This document shows positions 60,511 to 64,000 of a DNA stretch of 64,000 nucleotides, one piece after another. Origin of the DNA: an uncultured delta proteobacterium (GTDB lineage Bacteria; Desulfobacterota; Binatia; Binatales; Binataceae); NCBI GenBank assembly GCA_963724765.1, contig CAVRVY010000003.1, positions 704,001 to 768,000 of the forward strand, given 5' to 3'. How positions within the stretch are numbered: the first letter of the stretch is position 1; every line of letters begins with the position of its first letter. A program made the position numbers and the translations under genes. A model generated the notes under the pieces. That model did not search any database. It saw only the letters and a program-made list of their open reading frames with translations, and was not told the origin of the DNA.

Positions 60511-60540
60511 CCAGTCGATTCAACCAGTCGATTCAACCAG
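60511..60540. repeat. 13-bp tandem duplication CCAGTCGATTCAA x2 plus partial third
   Basis: Read directly; in the aroC/HdeD divergent intergenic region. Confidence 0.8.
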
Positions 60541-60705
60541 AGTCGGCGCGGCGGGGAAAGCCGGTCCGCGAGGCGGATTTCTTCGGTTTGGAGTGTGTAC
60601 GGCGCAGTCGCTGGGCGATGGCGTATCGGGACGGGACTGTGCTAGCGCTGACGCAGAGCGAAAACCTTGTCGGGCGTACGCATAACGCGTCAAAGGAGCC
60701 AGATC

Positions 60706-61275
60706 ATGACCCCGCTAGTCCTGAGTTCCGGAATCGACGAAGTACGCAAACATTCGGCATGGTTCCTCGCGATCGGAATCGCACTCGTTATCCTTGGCAT
60801 GATCGCGATCGGGTACGCGGTCGAGATGACCATTGTCTCTGTTTTGTTTCTCGGCTGGCTGTTGATTATCGCCGGCCTGTTCGAGGTGATTCACGGCTTC
60901 AAGCGCCGGCCGTGGGGCGGCTTTTTCATCAATTTGCTGGGCGGGGTGCTGTACGCGGTGGCCGGCCTGGTGATGGTCACACGTCCGGCGCTGGCGGCCG
61001 TCAGTTTGACGCTCGTGATTGCTATCGTATTGATCGTTGCCGGCCTGTTCCGTCTCTTTATCGCTTTCTCGACGCCGCTGCATCATCGCGGATGGCTCAT
61101 CCTAAATGGCGCGATTTCGATCATCCTGGGCGTCATGATCTGGGACTCGTGGCCGGTATCCGGGCTCTGGGTGATCGGAATGTTCATCGGTATCGATATG
61201 ATCTTCGACGGCTGGACTGAAATCATGCTCGCATTGAGCGCGCGCAGCCTGCCGGCCAGCCCGGTTCCGGCATAG
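60706..61275 (+). CDS. HdeD/DUF308 family membrane protein
   Basis: WFLAIGIAL..LG.IAI, GWLLIIAG, WP.SGLWVIG.FIGID.IF.GW; AGGAG SD. Confidence 0.9.
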   Translation: MTPLVLSSGIDEVRKHSAWFLAIGIALVILGMIAIGYAVEMTIVSVLFLGWLLIIAGLFEVIHGFKRRPWGGFFINLLGGVLYAVAGLVMVTRPALAAVSLTLVIAIVLIVAGLFRLFIAFSTPLHHRGWLILNGAISIILGVMIWDSWPVSGLWVIGMFIGIDMIFDGWTEIMLALSARSLPASPVPA

Positions 61276-61310
61276 ATCGGCGTCCCGCCCGTAAAGCAGC
61301 AGACGCGCTC

Positions 61311-63701
61311 TTACAATGACGGTAACGGTACGGTCAGCGCGTCATATACCGTGATTCTCGGCCCATAGGCGGCCTGAAATACGCCGATGCCATTGGCGGG
61401 CCGGATCAGGTTGGTCCGGTCGAAAATGTTGATCAGCACGATGCGGTTCGTGAACGTGCCGAGTCCCGGTATCACGAAATTCCGGGCGGCGCTCAGGTTG
61501 AACTGCCATACCTTCGGAAGCTGGTTCTCGTTTGCGAAGCCTCCACGCAGTCCGCTGCTGAACAGGCCGTCGATGGTGAACTGGTAGCTCTTCCATCTAT
61601 ATGCGGCGCCGCCCGACGCGCCGACCAGCGGCGTGTGATCGAGCACTATGAAATGACGGTCGATCTGCGCGACCTCATCAGCAGGGAAGTTGTACTGTCC
61701 GCTGGCAACGCCGATGTCCTCTTCGCGGGCCACGAAGACGTTCGCGCGCACGGCCAGGTTCTCGAGGTTGTAGGTCAGCGAGTTCTCCGTGCCGCCGCCG
61801 TAACCTCGAACGTAATTGAAGGGCGCGTCGATCGGCACGAAACCGAACTGTCCCTCGTCAAGATAGTGCCGATCGATGCGGAAGTAATTGTCCTGGGCGA
61901 AGGCCAGACGCGGTGTGAACTGATGCGTGAATCCGGCGTCCCAGGTGTAGTCGGTTTCGGTATCCGGTGAAGTGTTGCCGCTCGGGCTGGTACCATCGGC
62001 GCCCGTCGTGCCGGCGAACAGTTTGAAGATGCCCGATGAAACGTTCTGAAAGTTGGGTATCTGGAAATTTCTCGCGAAGCCGGCGTGTACGGTGGTATTT
62101 TTCTGCGCCTTGTATATGAAATTGAGCGCGGGGCTGAACTGACTATTGATGGTGAATCCGGTTACGCGGTCCCAGCGCGATCCGATATTCAAGCTCAGCC
62201 TGTCGGTGATTTGCCAGGTATCCTGAAGATATACGCCATAGACCAGGTTGATCCTGTTCATGTTCGCGGATACGGATATCGGAGTAGTCTCCGGCTGTCC
62301 CATCAAGATCGGAAAGACCTGCGAGCGCTGATCCGATTCGACGCCGTACTCGCCGAAATAAAATCCGCCGCGCAGCGCATGCTGAGCGCCCAGCCGATAA
62401 GTCAGGTCGCCCGCAAACGTGTTGGAGAAGTCGCTGGTGAACACGTTTGACGCGATTCCCTGGTAAATGAGGTCGCTAATCGGATCGGGATTAAACGTCT
62501 GCCTGTTGTAGTGCGCGGTATACGCGACCTGGTAGTCGGCGTTAGATCCGATGATGCCGTTAAGCGCGAACACTCCATAGTAGTCCTGCTGGTCGAGGCC
62601 CGAATCGATCGCGCTTGACGGATGGAGGGCCGGATTGACGTGGTCGAGCTGAAACTCAGGCGTTTGATTGGGCTGGTTTGGAAATTGATTGCTCGCCACC
62701 GTCATACCCGAGATCAGGCTCAATTTGGTGGCCGGATTCAACTCGTACGTCAGATAGGCGAATCCCTGTCCCTGCTGTGCCGCATCGTGAAGCGGATCGG
62801 GCGCCGCCACCGCGGAACTGAATCCCAGATTGGATTGAAAATAAAGACCGGTAAGGTAATAATTGAAATTGCCGTCGCATCCGCCAAGCTCGAAACTAGG
62901 CTGCACGGTGTCGCGCTGCCCGCCGGAGATTGTGAACTCGTTGTGCCCGCCGTCGCATCCGTTCTTGGTGTGAATGTCGATCACGCCGGAGGTCCGGTAG
63001 CCATACTGCGCGGGCAGGACCCCATCCATCAGGCTCACGCTTTTGACGAAGTATGAGTTGAGCAATTGCGTGAAGGTCGGATCGCTATTGATGTCGAGCG
63101 GCAGCAGAATCCCGTTCATCTGGTATTGGATGCCCATGTGCTCGCCGCGGATGTGAATCTCCTGGTTCTGATCCAGCGCCACGCCGGGCATTTGGAGCAT
63201 CACCTGGTTAAGCGGCGTCGCCTCGCCTTCGGGGAGATTCGCGATATCGCGCGCGCTCAGCGTGTACTTGTTGGTTCCGCTCGCGGACAGCCCGTTCTGC
63301 GCGCTGATCCTGGTGGCGCTTACGGGAACGGTCAGCGCCTCTTGCGCTTCCAGTACCAGGTCCAGATGCTTACCGGAGATCTTGGGCAGGATGATGATCA
63401 TCGTTCCCGGTTTGAAGCCTTTCTTCCGACTCACGAGCGCATAAGTTCCGGCTTTGCCCTGGGGTAGCCGAAACAGACCTCGATCGTCAGTGATTGCCTG
63501 CGCGATCGTGTGTCCGCCGACGGATTGCAGCGTCACAGTGGCATGCGCTATCGGCCGGCCAAGCGCGTCCTTAACCGTGCCCGCGATATATCGTGCGACG
63601 GACTGCTTTTGACTGGCCCGGGCCGCGCCGCCAAGTATCATCAGAGAAAGTATCAGTCTCAGCGCTGGGAGAAGCAGTGCGCAGGTCTTTGCGCGCGCCA
63701 T
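61311..63701 (-). CDS. TonB-dependent receptor with N-terminal carboxypeptidase-regulatory-like domain
   Basis: Signal peptide; IAGTVKDALGRPI..ATV; plug HIRGEH...Y.MNG, LPAQYG...GVIDI.TK; C-terminal NIFD...YGPR. Confidence 0.9.
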   Translation of the reverse strand: MARAKTCALLLPALRLILSLMILGGAARASQKQSVARYIAGTVKDALGRPIAHATVTLQSVGGHTIAQAITDDRGLFRLPQGKAGTYALVSRKKGFKPGTMIIILPKISGKHLDLVLEAQEALTVPVSATRISAQNGLSASGTNKYTLSARDIANLPEGEATPLNQVMLQMPGVALDQNQEIHIRGEHMGIQYQMNGILLPLDINSDPTFTQLLNSYFVKSVSLMDGVLPAQYGYRTSGVIDIHTKNGCDGGHNEFTISGGQRDTVQPSFELGGCDGNFNYYLTGLYFQSNLGFSSAVAAPDPLHDAAQQGQGFAYLTYELNPATKLSLISGMTVASNQFPNQPNQTPEFQLDHVNPALHPSSAIDSGLDQQDYYGVFALNGIIGSNADYQVAYTAHYNRQTFNPDPISDLIYQGIASNVFTSDFSNTFAGDLTYRLGAQHALRGGFYFGEYGVESDQRSQVFPILMGQPETTPISVSANMNRINLVYGVYLQDTWQITDRLSLNIGSRWDRVTGFTINSQFSPALNFIYKAQKNTTVHAGFARNFQIPNFQNVSSGIFKLFAGTTGADGTSPSGNTSPDTETDYTWDAGFTHQFTPRLAFAQDNYFRIDRHYLDEGQFGFVPIDAPFNYVRGYGGGTENSLTYNLENLAVRANVFVAREEDIGVASGQYNFPADEVAQIDRHFIVLDHTPLVGASGGAAYRWKSYQFTIDGLFSSGLRGGFANENQLPKVWQFNLSAARNFVIPGLGTFTNRIVLINIFDRTNLIRPANGIGVFQAAYGPRITVYDALTVPLPSL

Positions 63702-63823
63702 TTCATAATGATTTCGCAAGTGCCCGGCGGTTGAGACAACTGTGGGTCGCGAAAAGGTGTTTCTCAAGGTAAAGCCTCTCCGAGCCCGCCGTTTGGCGAG
63801 CGAGTGCCGCACCAATCCGCCAG

Positions 63824-63866
63824 GAGGGCAAACCTTACCCTTCTGCAAGAGGGCGTTACTTACCCT
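63824..63866. promoter_or_regulatory. tandem GAGGGC-N4-CTTACCCT boxes upstream of the TBDR
   Basis: Copies at 63824-63841 and 63849-63866, 25-bp period, each partly palindromic. Confidence 0.5.
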
Positions 63867-64000
63867 CTGTACAGGGCCTCATTTGCCCCGAGCGCGAATC
63901 GGTGAAACTTCGAACGAGCGATTTTTACAGGCGCTATACGAGAGCGGGGGGAGGCCGCGCGGCTTGCGGCAAATCTTTCAAGCCGCAATTGATGAACGGA

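Noticed and set aside
60511-60540. 13-bp tandem repeat as a regulatory array
   Set aside because: Only about 2.3 copies; likely a slippage duplication, so listed as a repeat only.
63702-64000. Cobalamin riboswitch upstream of the TBDR
   Set aside because: B12-box and conserved GGGAA/GCCACTG elements not found on the minus strand.

Overview
GC-rich bacterial chromosome segment. The gene repertoire (DUF1329, MMPL, paired class III CoA-transferases, LLM monooxygenase, Crp and HTH_17 regulators, deltaproteobacterial-type ffh operon) suggests Candidatus Binatota or a relative; this is inference only. Layout: (1) 1-2.6 kb is the right end of an integrated element, with an IS630 end, a SprT-like protease, a degenerate GH108-like gene, integrase arm-type repeats, an IHF site and the 3' half of tRNA-Thr(CGT) as attR. 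(2) 2.6-14.6 kb is a decaying stress-type accessory region: ligD, truncated ku, glgX, DUF3309-like, Crp, general stress protein, an AI-2E transporter with a cobalamin-binding domain, and several gene relics. (3) 16-21 kb is an Rrf2-linked organosulfur-type cluster (DUF1329, acyl-CoA-DH-like monooxygenase, LLM) with duplicated palindromic operators and a terminator-like leader. (4) 21-34.5 kb holds an M20 peptidase, TPP enzyme plus frc, PaiB, an ethylene-receptor-like kinase, DUF2318, FAH, a gluzincin-like/metallophosphoesterase fusion, orphan OppD/F and bactofilin. (5) 34.6-64 kb is mostly core genome: ffh-rpsP-khpA-rimM-trmD...rplS (interrupted), ECF sigma/anti-sigma, yifB, CoA-transferases, ileS-lspA, PTE, MMPL, aroCKB, HdeD-family and a TonB-dependent receptor. 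No CRISPR array, rRNA or intact tRNA was seen. Best candidates for an undescribed system are the Rrf2/DUF1329 sulfur cluster with a possible attenuator, the metallopeptidase-phosphoesterase fusion, the B12-binding AI-2E transporter and the envelope-spanning anti-sigma. All family calls come from motif recognition by eye; no searches were run.
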